Source of the DNA: Phallusia mammillata
Lineage: Eukaryota
NCBI GenBank assembly: GCA_965637545.1
Contig: OZ281495.1
Span: 24,242,001 to 24,306,000 of the forward strand
Length of the DNA stretch: 64,000 bases
Direction: 5' to 3'
Shown one piece after another: positions 10,289 through 25,200 of this stretch. Below the pieces are notes generated by a model. The model was not told the origin of the DNA, ran no database searches, and saw only the letters and a program-made list of their open reading frames with translations. The translations under genes and the position numbers were made by a program. The stretch's first letter is position 1. The number at the start of each line of letters is the position of its first letter.

Positions 10289-13200
10289 ATGGTACGCGAA
10301 TCAACATACAACATTTTGCCAAACATTATATCAGTGGTGCTCGTAAAAAGAAAATCTAACGGTCTTGGATTTTTGGTGAAAGAAAGACGGACAAAGCCAT
10401 GTGTTGTCGTTTCGGAAATAGTAAAAGGTACGTTTCACGGATAATAAACCTCTGTTTGTTTTTTGCCACGATGTGAAATGCACAATATAACCCTTATGTG
10501 AACCATTGTGGCAAACTTGTAAACTTGTTTTTGTGTAACTTTAACTGTTTGCTGACAGTACAAGTGGTTTCGTGACAACATCTAGTCGTTATTAGAGGTT
10601 AGTCATTAAGACCTAGGTCAAACGGGCGAGTCTGGGCCTAATATGTTGAACTTCAACTGAACGTGCTTGTATAATTTATAAGTGTGTTAGGTTTTTGCAA
10701 CGTGGGCAACTAAATCACCTCGACCTTGGTTTAGCGGGAGACCAACGAACAAATACCCCTCAAACCGTTTTGGACTTTGCGACTCATTTGCCCTCTGACT
10801 TGACAACTTTAACTTATGACACTCGCGATATTGGAGAACAATACGTTTAACCTTGCGCAAATACAGTTGGTGGTACATTGCGGTTGAGAACTAACAACGA
10901 ATACAGGAAAATCGCCGAGTCAGGGTGATAAGTTGACGTTTGTTTTAGAAGAGGGTGTTGCAGTTCAATTGCACACTTGAATTGCTCAGAACAGGACAAA
11001 ACAACGCCACTTAACCACAGCCGGGTTATTACGTCAATTCTTCTTTGTTACTGTTCCTTTTGTCAACTCACGTTAGGAGTCATCCATTTGTGAACCAACA
11101 TTTGGACTTTGACCTTTTGTCATCAACTTTTTACTGACAAAATACTTTTTTTTCACTTTTATTGGTTGAATGACGAATAATGATAAAAACCAAGCTAAAA
11201 TACAGAACAACCATTCAATTATTCCTAGGTCATCGTTTATCACAGGCTGGCGAAGTTAAACCAGCTTTTAAAGCATGCCAAACGTAAATTCCACACTAGA
11301 TATCAGGAAACATCGATATGGATTACATAAATTGAAACCAGTGTCAAATATGGGAGGTCCTTTTTCAAATCCACACCAATTAATTCTTACAGCTAAAGAC
11401 GTTGGATCAATGTGACCCTAAACAAAACTATATGAACTACTTGGCTTGTATAGTTGGTATACCTGTGCTAGGAAATTTTAACTTGGCAACATTAAGTCAC
11501 TTGCTTGTTTGTTTGCGTGTAAAATCGTGAACTACGACAAACAAAAACTCGCACGTAGCTTTCCACGGCGATGTTTGCTGACGACTCTCGGCGGCGCCTG
11601 AAACATTCGCAAAACTCAAAGTTGCTAATGAAGTCCCGCAAATGCTGTGTGAATGTAACAACGTGGTCTTGAGGTTGTGCCCATTTTTAATAGTTTTATT
11701 TACTGACTTGATGCAAAAAGTATGTTATGATCACAAACCGCAGCTATTTTGATTTACATGTCAAAAAAATTGTTACGCCAAGTTATGTGTTAGGGGGATT
11801 TTAAACAACAAAGGCTTAATAAAATGGGTTGTGGTTTATATACCTTTAACTACGCAAATTCACATCTTTTTTGCTATTACCAGAGCAGTAGTTCTGTAAT
11901 CGCAGCCTATCGTCAAGTTGCCCTTCTCTAAAATTAATAAAAACAGATACAAATATTTTTGGACTGGCTGTTCCCCATATTTTTAGTTCAAAGGCGCAGC
12001 AGTTTTTTAAATGCTGAATCGCTAGGTTTTAAAAAAAATTTTCTACCACTGTAGTGTGTTTATTTTTTTGGATCAACGTTTCCCATTAATATAACGTCCT
12101 TTAATATGTTTTATTATAAACCCAAAATGCTTAATAACCCTAACCTCAATTTTTTTAACCCGTTTGGGCTTCGATCAGAGCATAAATTGCTATGATATAT
12201 GTAAAAAATTATTTCGCTTATTCTAATATAATATGAACCCGGATTGTACTCAATCATAAATTGGGCGATGCTTTTGTTAGCTGAGAATAAACGCCACATT
12301 CCCATGCATTTTACCTCCTGCAAAGACAATCCATTCTCAAAAAGACGACATGCAAATAACTATAGAGTTACTTCATCTTCTTTTCGACATGCTATTTTAA
12401 TGGAACGATCTGGTATTTCCAACCACAGCTGCGACAAAGCGGATCGAGGTTTAGGCCAGTGGTTCCCAAACTGTGGGCCATGGCCCAGTACTAGGTCACC
12501 AAGACATTTTCAATGGGCCACAGAGCCATTTGAACAGATTCTACTGTTTTGTTATACTGTAGATATTATGCGCTTTGTTTTGAAAAACATAATATTTGCA
12601 AAGAATTCCGAATCTTGTAGCCAAATTTCAGGAGCATGTATCTCATTAAAAATAAATTGCTAGAAACCATTTCGCCTATTTTTGAGATTTTTTGTTTGTG
12701 CCCAAATTTACAGCATGTGGTGAGCCACGAATCGCTATTAAACAGACATGGGCCACAGACCAAAAAAGTTTGGGAACCCCTGGTTTAGGCCAATACTGCC
12801 ACCTTTTCAGTTCCAGAAATAGAACCCAAATTTACACGCCACATAACTATGAAAACAACAACTGAACAATGTAAGAGATAGATTTTGAAGAGAATATAAG
12901 GATTTCCAGACAGTGTATGACACAGTGTAGTCGTACGACACCTTTGCGGTACGCTGTACCAACAACAGCACTTCGACCGAAACGGTTAACTTTCTCCACT
13001 GCCCAAAATAGATATTTTGGTGAATATAACACACCGTTAGTCGAAAGTGGTATCCATCCAAAATTGTGCGTGGTTTCCGTCTTTACTGTCGAGTAATCGT
13101 GACGTTCCTGTTATACCGTATTACTTTTTACTCCCGCTTACGTTCCAACGGCAAGCGTGGCAATTGTTTATTCGGGAACAACCTACCCTACTTGCTCTAA

Positions 13201-16200
13201 ACTTTTTTCTTTAAATAAATTAATAGGTTTTTGCAACCTTTTGCACTGCACAACGAAGGGAAGGGTTTTCAAATCACATTGATAGATAATTAAGTACATT
13301 TTTCGCCACCCATAAGTTGTTTTTGTTATCGTTGTGTGACTGACTCAAATATTCGTCAATTATAATGAACATATTTGCCGTTTAATTGCAAACAAATAGA
13401 AAGACAAACATCTGTGACTTCAATATCTAAAAAACTTGTTAAACGTTAAAATTATAACCAACAACGTTTTATTTGCAAAGGGGGTTCGGCATACGAAACT
13501 GGCCTCATCAACGTCGGAGATGCGGTCCTTTCTATAAATCAGGTTGACCTTACCAACTTGCCGTATCGGGAGGCATTGCAACAACTTCGAAGTATGTATA
13601 TATGACGTGTCCAAATTTTATTGTAAAAACAATGTTTTCATGGTAAAACCTAACAACAGAAAAACTTCATTCAGTCTGTATACTATCAACTTAAAACTAG
13701 AATCCCCCAGCTCGTTGCTTGGTGGATAAAGAATGAACCTTATGCTTAATAATTCAAGATTATGAAGGTCATTCATCTTAATGTTTTTCATAAACATAAA
13801 TTTATTGTTCAATCTTGGATTTTCCTGGAAGTAACGGTTTAAATGAATTTGTAGCCTTAAAATACGGATAGTCAATGACCTTTACAAAAACCAGTGCATA
13901 TGTGATTGTCCCGAAAACTCAACAGCCTTTCAGCCATAAGCGCTTCTTTACGTTAGCACAAACTTAATGTATAAGTGTGACGTGTGTGTTGTCATTAAGT
14001 CTTCGTGATCCATTGAACCAAATCATTGGCTGCGAGACCAACGCCATGGCCAGTGCCTCATATTTGTAAACCACGTTGGGACAAACTTGTCGCTTATAGC
14101 GCTTATGAAAAGCTGTTGCAATATTGAGGTGTTGTTGTGCTATGTGAGTCACGTATAGGTACAAGGTATGATTATGCTTTGCACACATATTTGTCTTAGG
14201 TAATGTGCTGTAGTGAGGACTGTGGCAAAACAGACGTAGATATATCAGGAATGTAAATGTGCACTTATTGCTTTCGAAAGTAACCTCTTGTTGTAGATAA
14301 GAGCACTTGTGGGTAAATTTAAGTGATTATACCATTGGCACGACTTTGGGCAAAATACAAGTAAAATTTCAGACAAAAACGTAAAAGTATGGGCGATAAG
14401 TGTGTAAGAAACTTAACAAAATATTAAAGAAGATTATTCCTTAGGTTGTCAGCTTTGAAACAAACTCCTGGGATATAAAATTTCTTTTTTAAGGAGGGGT
14501 GGTCAAATTGATATGATATGTGAGGTGCCGTTTAAAAAGCCCTTTTAGATAAATAATGTCGCCGTTTGCAAAAAACGGGAATGAAAATACCATCATTCCG
14601 ATTTAGGTAATTTAGAACGGGAAGTCATTCTTATTCTGGCTTTGGTAAAGGTTTTAGAAAAGGCGACTATCTTAAGGCTGGTGTCCCGCTAAATACAAAA
14701 CACAGACAAAATAACAAACATACAATGTAAACCTTACTGAAAGTACAATTGATATAATTTATATTTATAAGTTTAAATGTGTGTTACTTAACTAGTTTCG
14801 ACTGATCGACAACATTAAAACTTTCATTTTATTAACAACTACACTACACATTCAATAATAACAATAATTTGACAGTTTCAAATGGAAAATGTTTTGTTTT
14901 TGTTTTATATCAGCAAAATTGGAATAACATTTCGTTTCTGATTTAGCTAATTGGGAATGAGAAAGACCTTTCGGTTCTGATTTAACTAAATCAGAATGAA
15001 AGTGACAAATCAGTTTTAATTGAGCTAAATCAGAATGACTAGTATTTTTACAAACGGCACCTTTGTAGAAGTATGCTTAAAACTTTAAATGGTAATGACA
15101 GTTTGGGTTATAAGTCCTGAAGTTGTAGCAATGTGTATTTTATATTTTGTGCGTGTTTTTCATTTTAGAGGCACATCAGACATGTCAGGCACTTTAGTTT
15201 TTCCTTTAAAGTCTAGCGGCCTTTGATGTTGTGTTTTCAAATCACGTCGGGGTTTTCACTGTTGCGATTTATGGTATTTTGCTGAGTAACTTAGTTAAGC
15301 AACGTAGAAGTTAAAGAAGGAAAATGCGCGATCTGACTACACAAAATTAAGAAATCTAAACGACACCTAAATGATAACAACTGAAACGCAAACAAGTTTT
15401 ATTAAACGAATGTGTAAAGCCAAAGCAAACGCCCAGGTATATGTCGTATACGACGCACAAACCCAGGTCTCAGCGTATAAAGCGCGTAGTCTAAGTTAAG
15501 TTCTAAATCTATATTGAGTTCTGTGTTTTGGATTATAACAGACGCAAATATGCAGTCAAACGACAAAGCGTTATTGTAATTTGGGGCGAAGGTAGTGTCG
15601 CTCCGAAAAAAAGGAATTAATTAGTGTACAAGGAAGGCGGCTATATAAGAAACAGTTTTACGATTGCGCAAGTGATAGGGCGTGTGGTTTAGAAAACGCA
15701 ACATCCGAGGCCGCTAGTCAGTTAAACTCCGATTTAGATTTGATGGATTGGTGTTGTGAGTGGCGCGTGGTGCAACAAAACAAGTTTATGACCACAAACA
15801 TTCGCACATGAATTTTAAATAATTCAACACTGAAAAGCTGCGAAATCAAATTTTAATGTTTTTATGTCAATGAACTCATAAACTTTGCGATTTACGACAA
15901 TACGCCTAAAATATGATTGCCTGGGTTTTGCGTTTACGGTGGTGGTGATATTACGAGAGAAGTTGCTTTTGTCCTATGGCATTCTTCACAATCCGTACAT
16001 ACATTCCTAATGTGCAAACAGATGTTCCTGCAGGAAGTAAGGCGGTGTTGTTAGTGCAAGGACCAGATGGATATACCACACATCTGCAAACAACTTTTAC
16101 ACAAAACAACAAACCCAGAACGGTTCGAGTGACCGAAAAAACATCTAGTGCTGTTGCTGGACAAAGAACGAGAGGTAAGTGGCCCTTCATACCACTTTTC

Positions 16201-19200
16201 CAGAGTTTATATGTAAATTATTTCGGAGCGTTTAGTTTTTTTGTGTGATTACTCTATAGCAGAGGCCATAATTGGCACCCGAGGTGATTTTTATGCCACA
16301 CCACATTATTTTCGACTTAATATTTAAGTACACAATGACAAAGTAAAAGCTTTTATGTCGCGTGTTTTTAGTTAAGTGTGATTTAATAGTACCAAAAACA
16401 CCGATTACACATCCGAATTTGGTTGCTATGTAATTACTATTTAAATAAGCCGCTGCAATAGAAAAAAAGGTTGGCACGCTTGGTCATTATAATTTTGTCA
16501 CAACAGTAAATTGGCACCCGTTGTTTAAAAGGTTGCCAATCATGGTGCACTGCTCTGTAGGGTTGTCGCTGCCTTCACATTACGTTTTTGGGGGGCCAAG
16601 GCAGAATCCGATTACAAAAACCGCTGGTCTGTTCACCATGACAAGCAGTGTGTTGCCTTGCATGTCGAAAAAGCTTTAGAAAGAGTCAAGTGGGGATATT
16701 CCAACACCAAGTCACGCGAGGCGGGCGGATTGCGTGGGGGCAAAAAAACGTTTTCATTTCGCACCGCTAATCCACAATGCTCCCTCAACAAATAAGAACT
16801 CATAACTTTGTCTGGACTTGACAGCAGTTTCTGTTTTTAAAAGAATCTTCGTCTCTTTTTATAAGCTGTTTTCGTATGGGGCGAGAAATGATTCAATGGG
16901 AACTACCCCTGCAAAAGGGCCTATTGAAAGAGCGCACACGTTGGTTTTTCAGGTGTTCGGCGAACCGCGTTATCCATTAACTCTGCTGTCGGTGGTGTCA
17001 AATCGAAACTCACGCCACAGTTCGAAGGATTTGCTTTGTTTCATTGCGATGGCAAATAGAAGAAAAAAGGCTAAGGATTTAGGCGTTACCCTATAAGTAG
17101 GGGGTTTTCGCAGCAGGGCCACAATCTGGCAAACGATTTAAGACAGAAGCGCTTGATAGTTTTGTCGTGTCACACTTTAGGTGAAACAAATGTAAAGCTT
17201 GTAAATTGAATTCGTTTTTAGCAAGCTTGTCCTTATAGTGGAATTGTACTTTAATTTCGAATTGCGTTAAATAACGCAAGTGACTTTCTGTACATCTAAT
17301 AAAATAAAATTTTTATTAGTTGCTTTGATACGTTTTATACTTTTTTTGGAGTAAGATATTTTAACTCTGTAGTTTTTAAACCAAATTCAAAATGTAGGTA
17401 TGAACTAAAACAATAATATCGTTTCATTATATAAAATCTGAAGCTTTGTAAATAAGTGTTTAACGTTTGACACTGTGTATGTCATGGGTGTTAAAATATA
17501 TTCAGCTGTAGCTTGATAAGCAGATTTATACTTTTAAATGTGAAAATACGCCATTTCAAAACTTTGACACATTCAACATTAACGTGAAATTATGATGCCA
17601 TTTTCAATCTTTCCTTAACCTTAAAACAACCCTACTTTAGTTTACTATTTTGATTTCATTCTAACGAAAAGCAGTTCCCTTCTCTGCAGACGTTACTAAA
17701 CAACAACCGACACTAGGCAGTAGCAGAGAGGACGTGGTAATAAAACGGAACGAAAATATGCCGAAGAAAAAGGGCATCGTGAAACCTATAAACGGAGTGG
17801 TCAGCCCGTCGAATCAAGGCTGGTCAAAAGCTCCACTTAACGAGGTAGCAGAGGAAACAAAAATGAACGGAAAGATGAACGGGTAAGTGATATCATTTTA
17901 ACTCAGCTTAAAAAGTATAGTTAAGATATTTTTTAGGTTAAGGTGTTGGTCGTAGATTTGTGTAGTAACTGCAGTGATTTGGTTGCTCTAGTCACGTACC
18001 ACTAGATTTGTTTGCAGTTTTGCAATAGGCTTAACGCAGCTTGGTCATGGTATGGTTGGTCAGGCATGTTTACACAACACAGCGTAGGAAACGCTCGTCA
18101 CGAGCACTCAGTCGCTGACAATAGTAGTGCAACCAATTAACACGAATCTGTGACAATAATCTGACCAACAACTTAAAGCAAAAATCTTGTTTTTTAGCAT
18201 AAATATACACCTGGTGTAATATCAAACACAGGTAATGCTATAAATTTCGGGTTATGGCTTGGAAAATGTATGTTTAGTAAACTAAAGATTGCGTAGTTTA
18301 TGATTATAACCTGTTATGCAACATTTGCGTTGTCTCAAGTTTAAAACTGGTATAACGGTTTGCATGCTTTGTCCGACTGTATCAAATGCAAGTTAATAAA
18401 TAAAGTTTTTTAAAGGTGCCCGGTGAGTAATGCGAGCAAGTTTACAATGGTCAAGAACTGGGAGACGGACAAAGTGCAGAGAGACACTTTGTTTGCCAAA
18501 GCCTGCCCGGTATGTGTTTACACTCGAGTAAAAAATATCTGAAAATGCCACACATCGTCGGTATGGAGCGATTTAATTAACACAGGAATGGCACTCATAG
18601 ATTCGTTTTATCGTGTTTAAATTGTGCTCAAAAAGTGAATTAAATAAGCATTGTGTTTTTCTTCGTGTAACAGGTAAACACTTGCGCGCCGCAGCAATGC
18701 AAAGGAAGCGTGATGACCCCAAGCCATATGCTTCTTGACCCTACAAAGGACAAGAAGACACCTGCTGAAATTAAGGTGCTCGCCGAGTCCTTTATTGAGC
18801 AGTACTACGACTCCATGAAAAGGTAATATTTTTGGGTTTGTTTATCAGTGTTGGTTTAAGCAAGAAACGGTTCATATTTATTCAAACGGGGATCAGTATG
18901 CCGTTTGGGGTGAGCAGTTAAAGTAAATATATTTTACAGGGGTTTGAAAACGTCACGGTGAAATCCGTCGGAATCAGGGGACCTGAAAAAACAAAATTTA
19001 AATACACGTCCCCATACATTACGCAACTTTAAAATTAAACATCGCCTGACTGCAAATAAAACCCTCAGTAGCAAACTTATGCAAACGTTGACTCTCACCC
19101 TAACCCCTGAATGTAAAGGTGACATCGGTTACACATTGATAAGGTTGCAACGACTTGTCCTAAATTCTGCTTCCTCATCATAACAACATCAATGGGTTTT

Positions 19201-22200
19201 GAACAATGCCGCTTTTGGATGGCCGTTTCCAGGTAAAACAATCAAACATCCCCAATCGTTCCTTAAATAGCCGCGCAAATGCTGTTCGTCAATGTGTTAC
19301 AAAGTCATATAACGGCTCCTCATGAAAGTATCCTAGGCAATGGCGTTAATAAATTGGTATTGGTTTAGGGGTGGTTCGCCAGCACACAAAGGGAGACTTA
19401 ACGAAGTTTTGACGTCAATCGACAAAACAGGAACATACGAGCTTACAACGAACGAGCTAATATTCGGTGCCAAAACTGCTTGGAGAAATGCGCCTCGGTG
19501 CGTAGGCCGTATACAATGGAACAAGCTACAGGTATATTTTATTGTATTGAATATTTCTCGTTAAAGCAGCTTTTTTTACTTGGATGTCGTGCGCAGTTCA
19601 TCAAGACCGGCGCAGCTCTTTGAACGTGTATGAGTAATCTTGGGAAAAACCCTAAATGTAGATGCGTTTTAATTAACAAGCTTGGCGTTATGTAAGAGTA
19701 TTTTTGGAGAGTAACCACCAATTAAAAACCAGTCGACTTAACGCATAACTTATATAATCTTGGAATAAACATGTTTACAAGGGCGCAGCTGCGTATGTTG
19801 AAACAAAATTCCGTTGTTGACTGCCATTCAACTCGTTTGTGATAACCACAAATTTACCAGACCTTGAAGATCCTATTGTTGCTCGAAAAAACCGTGACTG
19901 GCATTTGTTTTGGATCACTTGAGTCTAAAAATCCAGACAAATATTATGTTTAGACCAGTGGTTCTTAACCTTTTTGGTGCGGTTTCCCATTAAAGTAAAT
20001 CACCAAGTTCAAATTTCCCCCTCTGTTATTTTTATGATAATGTTTTGTGCCAAACATTAACATATAAATTATTCTTTAATCGAAATAATTTTGTGAAGCG
20101 ATTTGGTCGGGACCTTAAAGGTATATTGCGATTTTATTTAGTTTGATTAGTGATTTCTTGAGAAAGTAATATCGTGTGGAATTTTGAAAAATCTCAGGTG
20201 CTTGCATTAGTCGTTTCTTGCATCACAATCAACAGATCAAATGCATTTATTCGCAGTAACGTCTGTGACGTAACAAACGATGTTTGGATTTTTATGCGCC
20301 TTGCAAAACAAGACGTAGTTAATCTTACATGTTGTTGCGGAAAATATTCAATGGTTAATTTCAACCCACGGGCCCGAGTTTGGTGACTTTTGATTCACAT
20401 AATTTCCCTCTAAAACAGTGGTTCTTAACCTTTTTGGTGTGGTTTCCCACTAACGTCAATTATCAACTTCCAATTTCCCGCTCTGTTATGTTTGTAATGA
20501 TGTTTTGTGCACTACGTTAACAAAAAACATTCTTTAAATGAAAAAAATGTGTAAAGCGATTTGATCGGGACCATATAGGCTTAGTTCAATCTCATTTAGT
20601 TTAAATATTGCTTCTGTGAGAGAGTAAAACTTTTTGGAATATTGAAGGGTTACCTCTGCTTTCATTAGTCATTTATTGCCTCAAAATCAACAAAGGAAAG
20701 GCTTTTATTCGTGCATAATGGCAAAGTCATTGGAGGTTTTAGTCTTGTCTGTGATGTAACAAACGGCCTTTGGATTTGTGTGTGTCTTGTAAACCTTGGT
20801 TAAATCAATCTTACATGTCGTTGCGGAAAATTTTTAGTAAAGTAACTTTCAACGGTTAATTCAAAGCCGGATTCGACCTTCGGGCCCGAGTTTGGTTTCC
20901 TGACTAACATAATTTCCCTTTGAAAACATCAAAATTTCCCACTAGTGGGAAATTTCCCACCGGTTAAGAACCACTGCTCTAAAACCATTAAATTTCCCAC
21001 TAGTGGGAAATTTCCCACCGGTTAAGAACCACTGGTTTAGACCCATAACAGTGACTTGCTTTTCGCCCACCCTAGTATTTACAAACATTGCGCAGTGACA
21101 ACAAAGGATTAACACAACATGGTAAATTGTTGGAACTGTTGGGCATAAAGTGTTCGCGTAAATGATCAGTCATTTCAAACAGGTGTTTTCAAAAATTTGG
21201 CTCATACAAATTTTTAGGTTTATGACATGCGTCACGTGACGACAGCGGCAGAAATGTTTGAGGCAATCGTCACGCACATCAAGTTCGCAACCAACAAAGG
21301 AAACATAAGGTAACGTATACTTTTACACCAAAAACAGCAATTATGTGCAGTTTGATTTATTCTGTGGTGTTTGAATAATTCCCCCCAAAAAATTATAGTA
21401 AATAAAAAGTTATTTTGACGGAATGTCTGGCTGACCTTCAAATGACAAAAAAACCTTTAAAAGAAAGTGGCTGTATTCTAAAGCAGAGCTTATAATAAAC
21501 GAAATTTTTTTTACCCATCATTTATACTTTTGCAACGTTACCCATTGCAAATGGTCCAATTCTAAATAGGCTATGTATTATAATACGATTATGTTTTCAA
21601 AAACTTTTTGTTTCTTAAAAATTCTCAAAACGCACGTATAGTTTATGAATTGGTATGTGCATTTCCACTTAAGCCCCATGCAGTCAAGTTTTGCTCACAC
21701 CTTGTATTTTTCACGTTACTCGTGTTTTTGTGCCCGCACTTGTCATTTCACCAAGCGTGCAACACGCCAGAGTCTAATCGCTGATAAAAGCCCTTGTTTC
21801 CTTTGAGCAGGTCATGCATCACATTCTTTCCCCCGAGAACCGACGTAAGCACTGAGTTTCGAGTGTGGAACAACCAGCTTATCAGATACGCAGGATATCG
21901 CCAACCAGACGGTAGCATTATTGGGGACCCTGCCAATGCGGATTTCACCCAGGTTTGCGATTAAGCGGCTTTAGTGAATGTTTAAAATGCTTGCGGGAAG
22001 GGATTTTTTCCGCCAATAGCTATGCAGTTGTGATATGTAAAAACAAGGCATGCATACAGTTCAAACAATTGGTACTACGTGAACACATTGCACGATGCAA
22101 TGGTTCCAAAGGTTTGTGCGATTATAATTGATCCTCGTGGCAACATTTTGTTTTTGACGCACGAAGTCGTGCATACTTCAGTCATGCTTGCGTGAAACGA

Positions 22201-25200
22201 ACACATTAACCGTCACAAACAGATTGACTTTCTCAAGACATTTTGCCTTTAGATACTCGAAAGACTGGGATGGAAAGGCAAAGGTGGACGGTTCGACCTT
22301 CTTCCTCTTTTACTTCAAGCAAACGGTCAGGATCCAGAATTGTTTGAGCTTCCACCTGACCTTATACTGGAAGTGCAGCTGCGTCATCCTAGGTGATTCT
22401 ACGATTTTTTGGTCTTGTATTAAAATGTTGATTGATAGTTTTTGGCAGATCTGTGCTTGATATTTTGCATCGTTTGCCGAAAATTTTGCAAAATATTACA
22501 TGAAGCTCAAATTTTTTCTTGGTAGTGTTTTTGCATAAAACAATCATGGATGACCTAATTTAGCCCCTGGCAATTACGTCATTCGAATAACAGTCAAAGG
22601 CCAAACAATAGTAAAGAATGCGGATGAACTCTGTACTATTTATCAGGACTTATACGTTATTATTAAATTAAAAAATACTAACATTACAGTTACCGCAAAA
22701 ACAATGCGGTTATAAACACAAACACACACCAACATAACAGCCACTCTGTTGCCCAAAAAAGCTCATGGGAAAAACACATTCCTTGGGTATTGTACTTCAT
22801 AAATGTTTTTTTTAATTTTAGATTGTTTGCGCAAACACGATTAACCTAAATTTATTCGGTGACATTTGTATCTACGACACGTAAAATATCAACTTATTTT
22901 TAACGTCACGAACGCATTATTTTTTCGCACGATCTGTCATCGGCGCATGGCAAAAAGCGTGTACCATCTGCAAAACGATCAGTGACGTTAAAGACTGCGT
23001 TATAGCGTATACGTTATATTTTTAAACCCATGCGGTACCTTTCCCCTACAATCACGTTTGGAATTTGGAAGCATGCGAAAACCCACTCTCTGGCGCCAAA
23101 CCAATTCCGATCAGGACTTACACACGCTGTTATATGAGATGTTTACCAAAGAAGCACTTCCATGTCGGTTTGTATTATATAGTAAGCACTTTTGTCACTT
23201 TTTATGCAGGTTTGAGTGGTTTAAGGATCTCGAGTTCAAATGGTACGCGGTCCCGGCTGTGGCCAACATTGGTCTTGACATCGGGGGCGTTTTTTTCCCG
23301 GCCTCACCTTTCAATGGCTGGTTTATGGGAACTGAGATTGCCCGTGATCTGTGCGATTTGCAGCGTTACAACGTTCTTCCGGTAGGTTATTGGGGTGTTG
23401 TTAACAAGTTGTGCTTTTCAGACGTGTTTAGGTTTAAGGTTTTTGAATAAAAAAGGTATGATATATGTATGACTTTATCGCTTCATTTGAGCAATTATGC
23501 CGACTTCCGTGCCTAATTCGGGGTACTTTAAAATAATTTCTGGTTTATGCCAGACTGGCATTTACAAAATCCGGCCCTAATCCCGGGCCTTCTCACAAAC
23601 TGCATTGTTCATAACTGACCACAAATTCCATGTTTTTGCCCTTTTAGCAAAATATTAATATACCTTACACTGGTTTGTCTTTGTTATTTACACTACATGG
23701 TAGGCTGCTGCTAAAACAACTGTTTTTTAGGAAGTGGCAAAAAAGATGGGTCTCGACATCCGCAAGACCTCGTCTTTATGGAAAGACGTCGCACTGTTGG
23801 AAATGAATATTTCTGTTCTGTACAGCTTTCAGGTGTGTGGCCAAAAATATCTTCCTAAGCTTGTAATGACAGTATAAATAACTCCAGCGCATCCAACCTC
23901 GTCCACCAACTTTGCGCTGATGCCCCACTGCCTTTGGCTTACCCAGTTATTAACTCAACTCTTCTGTATACATAATTATATTTTTCAGACGGACAATATC
24001 ACAATCATGGACCACCACACAGCTTCTGAATCCTTCATGAAGTTTTTCACCAATGAGATGCGACTACGTGGCGGTTGTCCTGGCGACTGGGTGTGGCTCG
24101 TCCCTCCAATCTCAGGCAGTGCGACCCCGGTTTTTCACCAGGAAATTGTCAACTACATGCTGAATCCTGCATGTCTTTATCAGGTGTGAACTTACGCTGT
24201 TTATTCCCATTTTTGCTGCTTGGAAATCTATTGAATCTAAGTCTATATAAAATGTTGATGTAGAGTAAATATCATGTTTTGTTATTGTATTTTAGCCTGA
24301 TCCATGGAAGTACTACAAGTGGAAGAACAATGAGCAGTTCGGCAAAGCCAAGAAGAAAATCAACTTTAGGGAGCTGGCCAAGTATGTAAAGCACTAAAAT
24401 AAACAAACTTTTCTGCGAGGGACGGTTCCTTGAAATTTATTTAAAACTTTGATAACAATTAATATCAAATAAATTTCTAGCGTTATGCACGGCAGCAATT
24501 CGTCAGTTAAAATAACAAATCTGATTACAATTGCAAAATAAGTAAATTTCTGTCACACTCAAAAATGTAGATGAAACTGGATCAGGTCGTTTTTCCCCAA
24601 ATAAGTAGGCGACGATTTAGTTTTAGGAATACGGTATTTTCTTGTTGTTTGCATGATCGGTCATCCAAAGACTTGGCTGAACCTGTTGAAGTTTTAACCT
24701 GCAAGCTTTGCACAGTTATCATCTTGTGTAATTTAGTGTGTGTGGCGAAAAATGGTAAAAAATATTTACACTGCTACAAATCTGACCCATAATTGTTACA
24801 GGTCGGTTCTGCTCACTTCAACCATGATGACAAAGGCCATGGCGAGTCGAATCAAGGCCAGCATCGTGTACGGCACTGAGACAGGAAAATCGTATGACTA
24901 CGCAAAAACCCTACAGGAAATGTTCAACCACGCGTTTGATGCTAAGGTCAGTTCTAGAATATTCCATCTCAATTAGTGGCAGATTGGTAACATTTGTGGC
25001 AGTAAACTTTTACGAGAGTACGACACTCAGAGGAGGAACGGATATTGTGTTTTATTACCAAAACCAGTTATTGTCAGGTTGAATGTCACTGCACATAGGC
25101 TATAGCATTTCCAATAGTTACATTGCTTTTCACCAGTTCCTCTAAACTGACCTTTTTTGAACCAATAGGTCGAAAACGCGAACTTTAAATTGTCCAAACT

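Noticed and set aside
18890-19130. Telomere-like (C)TAACCC motifs here and near 12138 and 23420
   Set aside because: Isolated single motifs, probably parts of dispersed non-autonomous repeats; element ends could not be defined.
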